From the NCBI GenBank assembly GCA_977017575.1, contig CDRNVI010000014.1, positions 1-64,000 on the forward strand: a DNA stretch of 64,000 nucleotides. The letters are read 5' to 3'. This DNA comes from Paramoeba atlantica. Its lineage: Eukaryota; Protista; Discosea. The position numbers and the translations under genes are program-made. This document shows, one piece after another, positions 53,826 through 63,282 of the stretch (positions are counted from its first letter, which is position 1; each line of letters starts with the position of its first letter). The notes beneath the pieces were generated by a model. It was given only the letters and a program-made list of their open reading frames with translations, made no database searches and was not told the origin of the DNA.

Positions 53826-54650
53826 CTACAAATTATAACTTAGAACTGCCCTTCGTCCGAAAGTTCCGGAAAGTTCCGCCCGAAAGTTCCAAGCTTCGGA
53901 ATCAAAGACATATCGAATCGGCAAAAAGCACGTGTACGACGCACGACTTGGAAGCGTTTTAATCTGAGTTCCGCGGCAAGAGATCCAATTGTAAAATCGC
54001 GCTGGATCATATTCGCCGCTCAGATTGGGGTTGTTATGCAGCGATAGTACAATGTAGTAGGGCAGGTGTAGCAAATCTACGGGTCCCGAAAAATTATTGC
54101 CCGATAGTTTTAATATACGAGACTGGTCCCATACCGACCCTAGGTTAAGACCACCTGAAAAGCCATTGCGGCTTAAATCTAGACTGACAAGCCCGAACGA
54201 CAATTCATGCAGGGCAATTGCGCCTTGAAAATTGCAACCAATTAGAGTAAGCTCCTCGAGGTTTTCGTGCACTTCCCGCAAGTTTAGAGTCCCATTAAAT
54301 AAGTTACGAGGCGCACTAAATTTCTTCAATTTTGGTGGGAATAATTCGAGCGGGAGTTGTCCCATTAGCTGATTTCTATTGAACCATACCCTTTCGGATA
54401 GTACATTCGAAAAATATACCCAGCGAGGAATACCTCGAAGAGCGCGCCCCCACCACTGTATGCGTTTGATTTTTAGGTCGTCTTCACACAAGACTCCATC
54501 CCATTTACACGCAGGAGTTTCCGTATTCCACGATAGATGTTTGTTGCTGATGTCCTGTAAAAATTGTGCTAAATGATATTCCTGTGGTAATGCGGCTCGC
54601 GCCTTTCCCAAACGGCTGCGTGAGAAGGAGAAATCCGCCATATAGCGCAA
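53826..54650 (-). CDS. LRR protein (274 aa)
   Basis: RLGKA..LPQEYHL, SWNTETPACKWDGVLC cap and LRRs. Confidence 0.9.
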   Translation of the reverse strand: MRYMADFSFSRSRLGKARAALPQEYHLAQFLQDISNKHLSWNTETPACKWDGVLCEDDLKIKRIQWWGRALRGIPRWVYFSNVLSERVWFNRNQLMGQLPLELFPPKLKKFSAPRNLFNGTLNLREVHENLEELTLIGCNFQGAIALHELSFGLVSLDLSRNGFSGGLNLGSVWDQSRILKLSGNNFSGPVDLLHLPYYIVLSLHNNPNLSGEYDPARFYNWISCRGTQIKTLPSRASYTCFLPIRYVFDSEAWNFRAELSGTFGRRAVLSYNL

Positions 54651-54845
54651 AATAAATTCTAATCACCGCTAATGAAGGTTTAGGAAATAGGATGTATGTC
54701 GAATTTATATGAGCTTCTTATACTACAAAAATGTATACTGGATGAGTCGTACACCACCGATAGAATATAGCAAAAGAAGTAGCAAAAATACGAATGGTTG
54801 CACACGCAATGAAACTCACAAACGAAACACATTTTCACTAAATCC

Positions 54846-57490
54846 TCAGAGGTGTACTACAATAAATTCAGAACATTTTTCTTTGCCCACAGTCGTAAAC
54901 CGATTCTTGCTTATGTCAAGATAGACTATATTTTTTGCGAGGCCCCCTAAATTCACCCCCCCGGTGAGTCGGTTGTGGTCCAGCGCGAGCACAAACAGAG
55001 TCACGGGGAGGCTCCCGAGTTCAATCTCCCCGGTAAACCGGTTGTGACTCAGGGAGACCATCAGTATCCCACTCGGGAGCTGGGTGAGGTCCAGGGACCC
55101 TGTGAACCGGTTCTGGTTCAGGTGCAGCGCCCGTAGCGTGCACGGGAGCTCACTGAGCTCAAGCGACCCGTGCAGGCAGTTGCTGCTTAGTTGAATCACT
55201 TGGATCCCATGGGGGAAGTCCATAAAGGATAAGGTGCCGGTGAGGCGGTTGTTGTTCATGTGGAGCTCAAGGAGCTCGGGGGGGAGGGCAGCCCAGTTCG
55301 GGGTCCCAGAAAGCCCCATGTAGGAGGCGTCCAGCTGGACGTAGGTGGCCCCCGGGACGGGGGGACCGGCGGCACGGAGCAGTGCCACAGCCACCTCCAT
55401 CATCCCCGGTCCCTTTAGTTTGGGAAAGTCGGGGTCGTGGTAGGGGAAGAAGGGGTCGTGGGGGGGAGAGGGCGCAGCCTCGGACAGAGGACGCGTGTCC
55501 GGGGAGCCCTGTGGGGTCGGTTTTGTTTCATTCATTTTTATAACCCCGCAGGAGGGAGAGGAAGTGCCCTGGGAGTGGAAAGAAGTGCTTTTTTTTGATG
55601 CCTCGGGGCGTGTCATTGTTTTAGTCTCTTTTGCGGCAAGAATGAGATCTCCACTGCGTCCTCCTCGGATGACGTTTAACATCGAAGCCGGACGGTGGGG
55701 TTGTAGAATGGGTTCGTGAGGTACCTCAACGGTTCCGGAGTGGGAAGGGATTATGTGAGAAGGAGGAGGAGGGGAGAGCAGGGGTTGTAAGCTTCGACGG
55801 TACAAACCACTCTCTTTGTTGATTTCGGAAACTATGAGATTTGTTGCTTCGCTATCGGAATTCCTTTGGTCTTGCTGTGGCATCTGCGTGAGACAGTCTC
55901 CCTGAGTACGAATTGATTTTTGCGACACCTTTTCCTGCGATTTCGGTTTTCCGCTTTGGGTGGGTGGAGAAACGAGAGTGTGACTTGGGCTAGATTCGGT
56001 GCTCTCCTTCTCGGCTTCCTTTTGCTTCACAGGTTTCGGAAAAGAATCCTTAGAGGAGCTGAAGCTCCCCATGTCAAAGCTCCCCAGCTCCCACTCAGGA
56101 GAAGTAGCCGAGATCCGAAGCTTCGGGGATACTTTCTCACTCAGAGTACCAGCTTCTTCTTCTGCCACCTCCATGGCCTGTGGCTGAAGCAACTCCATAG
56201 ACATTGGAAAATCGGATTCTTGAGGGGAAGATTTGTTTCCGCTTTGCGTTCCTTCCGCAGAGCTTTCAGCCTGAAACTCACTTTCCGTCGTTGGAGCTTT
56301 CCCTGCACCCTTTTCGGGTCCTTTTACGGGTGTGTTGAAGGAACCCTCTTTCGGAGTCGCCAGAATTAGGTCTCCGCTCCGTCCTCCTTTAATCACATTA
56401 AGAACGGAAAGAGAGGGACGTGGTGGTTTGACCTCACCTACCGAAATGCGTGAACCAGAGGAAACCGTGGGACAGGCTCCCCCCAGTCGTCGACGAAAAA
56501 TACCACTTCCCCTGGAGCTCTTTTCGTGACGTGGCTGATTCGCCAAACGCGGACTCGGGGTTCCCAACTTCCGGTACGACAAGGGCGAGGACGGTGGCCT
56601 CTTTCCCTCATGCGAAGCCCCACCCTTTTCTGCCGTTTCCACATATTCCCCCAAAAAGAAACCCCTTCTTGACACATTCCCCCCCACCGCTTTCCCCACC
56701 GATGGGAACACCACCTCCCTCCGTTCCCCCTCCTCCTCCCCCCCTCCACCATCCTGTCCATCACCGCCAACCCCAACACCCCTTGTCGCTTCCCCCGCTG
56801 CCCTTTCATCTCTTCTTCCCCCCCCTCCCCCGCTCCCCCGTCCACGAGACGCATCAGGCTGGACCCCACGGCGAAGAGCCCGGTGAAGAGGTCGGGGCGT
56901 ATGCGGTGGATCTCGAGGTCGAGGTGGAACCCGTTGACCCAGCGGGAGGGGGAGGTGGCGACGCGGTCCCAGCGGGGGAGGGGCGTGCGGGGGGTCCAGG
57001 AGGGGTGGAGGTGGGAGAGGGGGGAGAGGAAGGCGTGGAGGGAGGACGCGAGGGAGGGGAGGGGGAGGGGAGGGGGGAGGGAGGCCGGGGGGAGGCGGCG
57101 GGGGGGTGGTGGGGTGGTGGGTGGTTGGGATTGTGGTGGTTGTTGTTGGGATTGTTGTTGTGGTTGGGATTGTTGTTGTGGTTGTTGTTGGGATTGTTGT
57201 TGTTGTTGTTGTGGTTGGGATTGTTGGAATTGTTGTTGTTGTTGGGATTGTTGTTGTTGTTGGGATTGTTGTTGTTGTTGGAATTGTTGGAATTGATGTT
57301 GTTGTTGGTATTGTTGTTGCTGGGTAGTTGCCTTGGAGGGTTCTCCAGTAGAGGAGGAGGAAGAAGAGGATGAATAAAGAGAAGTAGAAGAGGATGAAGA
57401 GGGCGGAAGATCACGGAGGGTGACTTCGGGGGTGGGGGTGAGGAGGGAAAGGGAGAGAAGAAGGGTGGGAAGGAGGAGGGAATGGGGCAT
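54846..57490 (-). CDS. Large LRR protein (~881 aa): signal-peptide-like start, polyS/polyQ/polyP, cap-like segment, disordered linker, C-terminal LRRs; frameshift at 7-nt G run (56738-56744)
   Basis: MPHSLLLPTLLLSLSLLTP start and HPSWTPRTPLPRWDRV cap-like segment. One extra G joins ORF 56438-57568 to ORF 54846-56714 (EGG-EEEGERREVVFPSVG). Confidence 0.72.
57105..57320 (-). repeat. CAA-rich trinucleotide microsatellite encoding polyQ
   Basis: (GTT/TTG)n with interruptions on the plus strand. Confidence 0.9.
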
Positions 57491-57584
57491 TGGGGGAAAA
57501 AGGAAAGGGGGTAGAGAAAAAAACGGGATGGAGGAAAAATGGAAGAGGAAGCATATTACGGTTACCATAGAATGATACGTTGCA

Positions 57585-57885
57585 TACCATAAACCCCCCA
57601 GTAATAGAATCGATTTTGGGCCAAAATGACCAATTCCTTGTTACTGGGGGGTATGTGTTTTTGTTCATGAGTGCGTTGCTTTTCTGTCCAGCCACCCCCG
57701 CAACTACACCATTCGCTCCCGCGCAACTACCCTCACTCCGCCCGGCAACCCCCACCCGCCCAAACACCCCCCCCCCCCCCCTCCAACCACCCTGCCGAGC
57801 CAAATCCTTGTTACTGGGGGTCAGCCGAAAAAGGGCCAAATCCTTGTTACTGGAGGGGTCTATTACTGGGGGGGGGTCTACGGTA
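57585..57885. mobile_element. ~300-bp MITE with TA ends (Tc1/mariner-type)
   Basis: TACCATAAACCCCCCAGTAATAGA (57585-57608) versus the reverse complement of 57859-57885, TACCGTAGAC(C)nAGTAATAGA. Three internal copies of TCCTTGTTACTGG. Confidence 0.7.
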
Positions 57886-57986
57886 GTAAGGGGAGGTGAG
57901 AAAAAAAGGGCTGAAAGAGGGGATCCCCTACCCCTTTAGGGGTATTTAGGGGTTAAGGGGATTTCCGAACTTCTAGTTAGGAAAAT

Positions 57987-59123
57987 CTACCACATTTGCA
58001 TTCGCTTCAACTCATCTCTGCGTACTATTCGAGACAGCAGCACAGTAATGTCATCTGGCTTGCCCCCTAGTCGGCGCTCCCCTAGCAGGTGGGAGAGCAT
58101 CACGGAAAACGGAGTACGAATATCGGCACTATGTGAAGCAACGTAGGCGTCGGAGACCAAACCCTGTACGACCCGAAAAGGGTCGGTGTATACAAAATTA
58201 GGTGTGGAGAAAAGCTTCTTCAATACGTATCCAAGAACCGGAATCTGCCCGAAAAATCCAAGAGAACTCGCTTCCACGAAACCCACTGTTCCCGCCTTTT
58301 CCGCAATCACGTGACTCCAAAGGTTGTCAAAAAGCCCATCGGTGCCCATAACCAGAACGTCCCCCTCTTGCACCTCCCACAATTCACGCACCGCATCCTT
58401 TGGAGAGTCATGAAAAAAAGCGCTCTTCCCCGATCCCTTATTTTCTTCTTCCACCCCACCCTGTGAATCACCCCTCTCCCCACCTTCCTCCTCCTCCGGC
58501 AGCACCGACAACTGAAACGGCGCATTCAACCCATGCACCTTCTCATGGGCGCGGTGCACGATCTCCTGATTCCGTATCAGCATCGCCCCACTGTCCCCGA
58601 CATTCGCCACATCCAGCAACCCCCTCCCGGGACGTACCCCCGGCCTCAAACACCCCACCACCCCCGTCGAACCCCCACACCCCACCTCCCGATTCCGTCT
58701 CACCTTTTCATACGCGTTCGTTAACACCCGTAGCGCGTCCCCCTCCGTTCGGTGGGTCTCACTGTAGAGCTTTGCATTCCTCATCAATGCATTGGCAAAC
58801 CTCCCGGGGTCCGCCTCCCCGTGGGTGGCTCTCCAGCCCCCTACCCCATCCGCGACCGCGACCGTTTTATAGGTGTTGCTCACCATAAAGCTGTCGTCCC
58901 CGCAGTCGAGGGCCAGGAAGCTGGCACGCTTTCGCCAGCGCATGGCACGCCGGCGCTGCCGCTCCTGGTCCTCGGTGCGGTAGGGGTGGGAGGGGTCGCG
59001 CCGGGCCCGGCAGCAGGCCCAGGACTGCAGCACGAGCTCCTCGGAGGCCTCGCGCTCGGAGGGGCTGGGGCCCTCCGGGGGGGAGCCCCAGGTGCTGCCG
59101 TAGGGGGGAGGGGGGCGTGTCAT
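57987..59123 (-). CDS. PTC7: PP2C-family protein phosphatase, PTC7/PPTC7 type (378 aa)
   Basis: GDDSF, VADGVGGW, GGST, ANVGDSG, GTDGLFDNL and GGKPDDITV motifs. Confidence 0.9.
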   Translation of the reverse strand: MTRPPPPYGSTWGSPPEGPSPSEREASEELVLQSWACCRARRDPSHPYRTEDQERQRRRAMRWRKRASFLALDCGDDSFMVSNTYKTVAVADGVGGWRATHGEADPGRFANALMRNAKLYSETHRTEGDALRVLTNAYEKVRRNREVGCGGSTGVVGCLRPGVRPGRGLLDVANVGDSGAMLIRNQEIVHRAHEKVHGLNAPFQLSVLPEEEEGGERGDSQGGVEEENKGSGKSAFFHDSPKDAVRELWEVQEGDVLVMGTDGLFDNLWSHVIAEKAGTVGFVEASSLGFFGQIPVLGYVLKKLFSTPNFVYTDPFRVVQGLVSDAYVASHSADIRTPFSVMLSHLLGERRLGGKPDDITVLLSRIVRRDELKRMQMW

Positions 59124-59270
59124 AGAAAAAGGAGAGTAAAAGGAAAAGAATGGTGTTCAAGAGAAGGGAAAAAAGAAGAAAGAGGAAAGGAGGAAAAGAA
59201 AGAAAAGGTAGGGAAAATGAGAATAAAAGATAGGGAAAAAAGGGTAAAAGATACGGGTAGAAAGTGTAGT
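59124..59270 (-). promoter_or_regulatory. Long polypyrimidine tract upstream of the PP2C start (candidate trans-splicing signal)
   Basis: The plus strand is almost pure A/G over ~140 nt. Similar tracts precede 9153 and 57490. Confidence 0.55.
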
Positions 59271-59686
59271 TTAGAAGGTAAATGTCTAGCTCGATCTGTA
59301 GATAAAGTTAAGAAGAAAAGGCTCGAATGGTACATCTTTCGAGTGTGCTAAGGAAAGTCAAATGAAGGAATAAGAGAATATTCATATGAAAATTATTTTA
59401 TTGAAAACCTAACATTGAACTGATGTGCTGAGTAAAAATTTGTAATCTATGTTTTGACTGAAATTTCTAGGCGAAGCATATCCACAAATATTTAAAACTT
59501 GTTTTACGAATCACTTACAAGCGCTTTCAATGCGTTAAGCTCAGAGGTAATAAAACAAAATAGAAATCGTGTCAATGATCAGAACAAAAAAAGTAAGAAA
59601 AAACTCATCTAGAAAATGATTGTATATCCCGTTTAATTTTTCTGTATTTCGTATTGCTTGAAAAAGTGTATGTCTTGAATTCTACC

Positions 59687-60088
59687 CTAAGAAGTCATTT
59701 CTTTGCTCTTACGAAAATACGAAGCTTTCTCCGCCTCAGGTAGAGCGCGCCACAGTTTTCCAAGTTCCTTTGCTCGCTGGACCGGCTTTAGAGTTTTCGG
59801 AACTTTCTCCTGATTCGCTTTTACGAATATCATAAAGGGATTCGCAGTACCCCGTTTGGAACGTCCCGGGTTTTTGGCTTTCGAAATCTTTTTAGGGGGT
59901 GTCAGGCTTTTGGCCTTCTGCTCGTACGCTGCTATTTGCTCTTTAGAGAGATCTCTGTACATCTTTCCCAAGGTTTTTCCAATCTGACCGAATCGAATGC
60001 CAGGGTTGCTAGCGATAACTTTTTGTCGGGTTTCTTTGCTAAACACCATGTAGGCGTTCATACGCAGTCCTAGGCTACGGAAAAGCAT
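59687..60088 (-). CDS. Tandem HMG-box protein (133 aa) with mitochondrial-like presequence; KAP/Abf2/TFAM-like
   Basis: MLFRSLGLR, box 1 (NAYMVF...NP..F.QIGK.LGKMYRDLS) and box 2 (NPFMIF...KELGKLWRALPEAEK). Confidence 0.85.
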   Translation of the reverse strand: MLFRSLGLRMNAYMVFSKETRQKVIASNPGIRFGQIGKTLGKMYRDLSKEQIAAYEQKAKSLTPPKKISKAKNPGRSKRGTANPFMIFVKANQEKVPKTLKPVQRAKELGKLWRALPEAEKASYFRKSKEMTS

Positions 60089-60469
60089 AGTGAGTGGAGT
60101 GGTGAAATAGAAAGTCAGTAAGTTTCAAGATAATGAAAAAATGCAATAATAGATGGCGAAAGAAAAGTTCGGTGCAAAACGTTAATACTGGATCAATATT
60201 TTAAAAAGATTGATACATCTGCTGAGCACCTGTATAGAAGGGAAGCATCACCTGCATTTGAACGCGTAAGTGCTCCTTGTAGTATACTAAACAGTACAGG
60301 CAACGTTTCGGAAACATGATTTCGTAGGAGTCTCCTGGTGCAAAGATTCGATACTTCGCTACCCATAGTTATAAGTTTCTCGCGAAATTTCATTTCATTT
60401 CATATGTTGCCCTAAAAAATTGTATTTCCGTGTTATAAATCCCTATTCTAACCTATTTTCCCTTTTCTT

Positions 60470-60930
60470 CTAACGTTTTTTAATGGATTTCTGCAATAGA
60501 GCACTTTTTCGTTTATAGAAATCCCTTCGTTCCTTAGGAAGGGCTAGCCATAATTGTCCAACCTTTTTTCCTCTTTCGCCTAGACTGGTTGTGCCGGATA
60601 AAGTTGGCTTGACATCCTTGGCAAACAGCATGTAGGGATTACTTTTATACAGTTCAGATTTTATGCGCGATCTACTGTTTTTGGGTTGCTTTGGTATCAA
60701 AGCTACCTCTCTAATCTTTTCCTTCTCAATAGAGTTGAGGTTTGCAGCTTTTTTGCGTCGAGGTTTGCAGCATGGCGAACTTCTGAAAGAGCGCGATACA
60801 ATTTCGCTATTTTCTTACCTATTTCACAAAATGAAAAGTGTGGATATGTTTTTCTAATATCCAAACGATGATCTTTGACGAAGAGAGAGTATGCGTTCAC
60901 AAAACAATATCTGGAGCTGCAAGCGAACAT
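60470..60930 (-). CDS. Second tandem HMG-box paralogue (~153 aa), frameshifted at an A6 run (~60750)
   Basis: MFACSSRYCF-VNAYSLF...EIGKKIAKLYRALS. One extra A gives AKKAANLNSIEKEK...NPYMLF...KVGQLWLALPKERR. Confidence 0.8.
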
Positions 60931-61093
60931 GGAAATAAGTTTTTGCAAGTACGATTATTATTATAGTTATTGCTTTAGAGACTGAGATAGGTAAGGTACG
61001 GTGCAATAAAAAGCTTTTTCACAGGCATCGTAAACACGCTTCATACCCAAGCCCGGCGTCGTCGATTTTTCGACGAAGTGTGAGGGGGTAGGC

Positions 61094-61617
61094 GGGAGGA
61101 TCATCCCTCAGGTTTGTTGGGTTTTATCCCCAGGAGCACACGGAGGGTCACCCCTCAGGTTTGTTGGGGTCATCCCCAGGAGTACTCGGAGGGTTATCCC
61201 TCAGGTTAGTTAGGGTCATCCCAGAAGTACTCGGAGGGTCATCCCTCAGGTTAGTTAGGGTCATCCCCAGAAGTACTCGGAGGGTCATCCCTCAGGTTAG
61301 TTGGGGTCATCCCCAGAAGTACTCGGAGGGTCATCCCTCAGGTTTGTTGGGTTTTATCCCCAGGAGCACACGGAGGGTCTTCCCTCAGGTTTGTTGGGTT
61401 TTATCCCCAGGAGTACACGGAGGGTCATCCCTCAGGTTAGTTGGGGTCATCCCCAGGAGTACACGGAGGGTCATCCCTCAGGTTTGTTGGGGTCATCCCC
61501 AGGAGTACACGGAGGGTCATCCCGCAGGTTTGTTGGGGTCATCCCCAGGAGTACTCGGAGAGTCATCCCTCAGGTATGTTGGGGTTATCCCCAGGAGTAC
61601 ACGGAAGGTCATCCTTC
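61094..61617. repeat. Minisatellite, 11 full units of 45-47 bp plus a partial unit
   Basis: Consensus CGGAGGGTCATCCCTCAGGTTTGTTGGGGTCATCCCCAGGAGTACA. Unit starts near 61094, 61141, 61187, 61232, 61278, 61324, 61371, 61418, 61464, 61510, 61556 and 61602. Confidence 0.95.
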
Positions 61618-62392
61618 TGGATTGATGAGGATCATTCCTCTGGGTTAATGGGGATCACTGCTCCGGTGCTTGTCATACTTCCGGTTGACTTGGAGATCGT
61701 CCCTCAATCTGGGTTAATGAGGTTTTTTCATCTAGGGAAAGTAGTGACATATTCTACAAGAAATATTTCTGTACGTTAACATAATTACGGTTGTTGTCAA
61801 TAGACGACAGGCTCAATAATTGATGGTGTGACTCGCACAATCGACAGAAGAAAAGGAGAAATTGGGAATGCTATGGGCCATTAGGTGTGGCTTGGTCCCG
61901 ATATCAAGGTGCTTACGATGGCTGTGAAAATGCAAGCGTTGGTGATTCCTCTCCAGAACATCATCAACGCAACGTTTTCTCAGCCTCGGAAGCGGAGCTT
62001 GCTTGCCCAAAGAATTGTTCAAAAAAAGGGGGGGGGAAGGAGCAGATAAAAGATGAAATCTGAAAATAGAAGGCAACATTAAAGTTAAGCTTCAGTCTTT
62101 CTCCTCTTAATCCATTTCAGCCTACATGGGTAAGCAGGCCAAGCAGGCTCTGAAGAAGAGATCCTTAGGTAGCGAAGCATTAGATCGTGAACCGATCATC
62201 GGTCCAGGAAAAAATCTCGAAGCTTTGTCTTCGGGGAACGAAGAAATAGATGTCCTATTGAAGAAGCCTCGAACATTTGCTGCCGAAAAAATGGATATGA
62301 AAGTCAAGCTGACATATAAATAAGAAATTTCACTCGATTCTCTGGCTTCTCTGCTACACTTAGCTCCGGAAGAATCTTGTCTCACCACTGTA

Positions 62393-62900
62393 ATGGCTTT
62401 TGTTGAGCAATGTTATGCTACTTCTTCGAAAGAGGAGAAATCAAAGATCACTCGCCGAATTTTGGAAGTCGCTCAAAAGAACAATTCTTTCCTTTTTAAG
62501 GATGAACTGGAGTTTTCCTTCAAACGTCGGAAACTAGCAGAATTGATTATAGATACCCCCAAAGAACTCACTCAAAAGAGTAGTCGATCTCAAAATCAAG
62601 ACTTAAACACAAAGCTGTGCACTTGGTTAGGTACTTTTGATGACCCCTTTTTAGGAGGGGAACTTTGCGCTCAACTTAAAAAACAAAGTATCGCGCCCTC
62701 CGCGTGGCTCCATATCTGAGAGTATGCTTTTTCACCTTATAGAATGGTTCAAACAACATGAAAATGGGAAACAATTGGCGGATGCAGTACGAGTTCTGTT
62801 TTATGCGGCGCTGCGGTCATGCGAGGTAGAGCTAATACGGGGTGGTGATCTTTGTCGCACGAACCCCCCCATCTGCTCTTCGTGGTCCCTTGAAGCAGGA
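62393..62900 (+). mobile_element. Second, diverged tyrosine-recombinase relic homologous to 19599-20288
   Basis: PPRGSISESMLFHLIEWF...GKQLADAVRVLFYAALRSCEVELIRGGDL versus PPRGFISESMLSHLVVWL...GKQLGDAVQVQFHAALRSCEVELVRGGDL. Confidence 0.85.
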
Positions 62901-63282
62901 CAATCTTACTCGTACCATTGAGTGATATGCAGCACTATCAGGCCACCACACTCAATGGTACCTTGGGCAGTACACTCATCTAGACCTTCGCCCAAAATTT
63001 TATACACACATTTTTTTGTTCTACCACTGGAATATGTACATCGCCTGTGACGGATCTATTGAGATATCAAATGCAGAACAAATACGTTTCTGTTCTAAAT
63101 GCGTAGCAATGAAAAAAACAGGCATATCTTTCCAAAATGTTCGAACTAAATAGGGGTATAAAATTTTGGGCGAAGGTCTAGATGAGTGTACTGCCCAAGG
63201 TACCATTGAGTGTGGTGGCCTGATAGTGCTGCATATCACTCAATGATACGAGTAAGATTGTCCTGCTTCAAGGGACCACGAA
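62879..63282. repeat. 127-bp near-perfect inverted repeat around a 150-bp spacer
   Basis: Arms 62879-63005 and 63156-63282 differ at one position. Each arm has an internal 13-bp inverted repeat GTACCATTGAGTG / CACTCAATGGTAC. Confidence 0.92.

Noticed and set aside
60193-60393. 66-aa ORF between the HMG genes
   Set aside because: Short, no motif and no homology within the window.
61094-61617. CRISPR array
   Set aside because: Units are contiguous tandem repeats with no unique spacers, there are no cas genes, and the context is eukaryotic.
61161-61779. Three plus-strand ORFs of 112-154 aa
   Set aside because: They are translations of the minisatellite; the unit length is mostly not a multiple of three.
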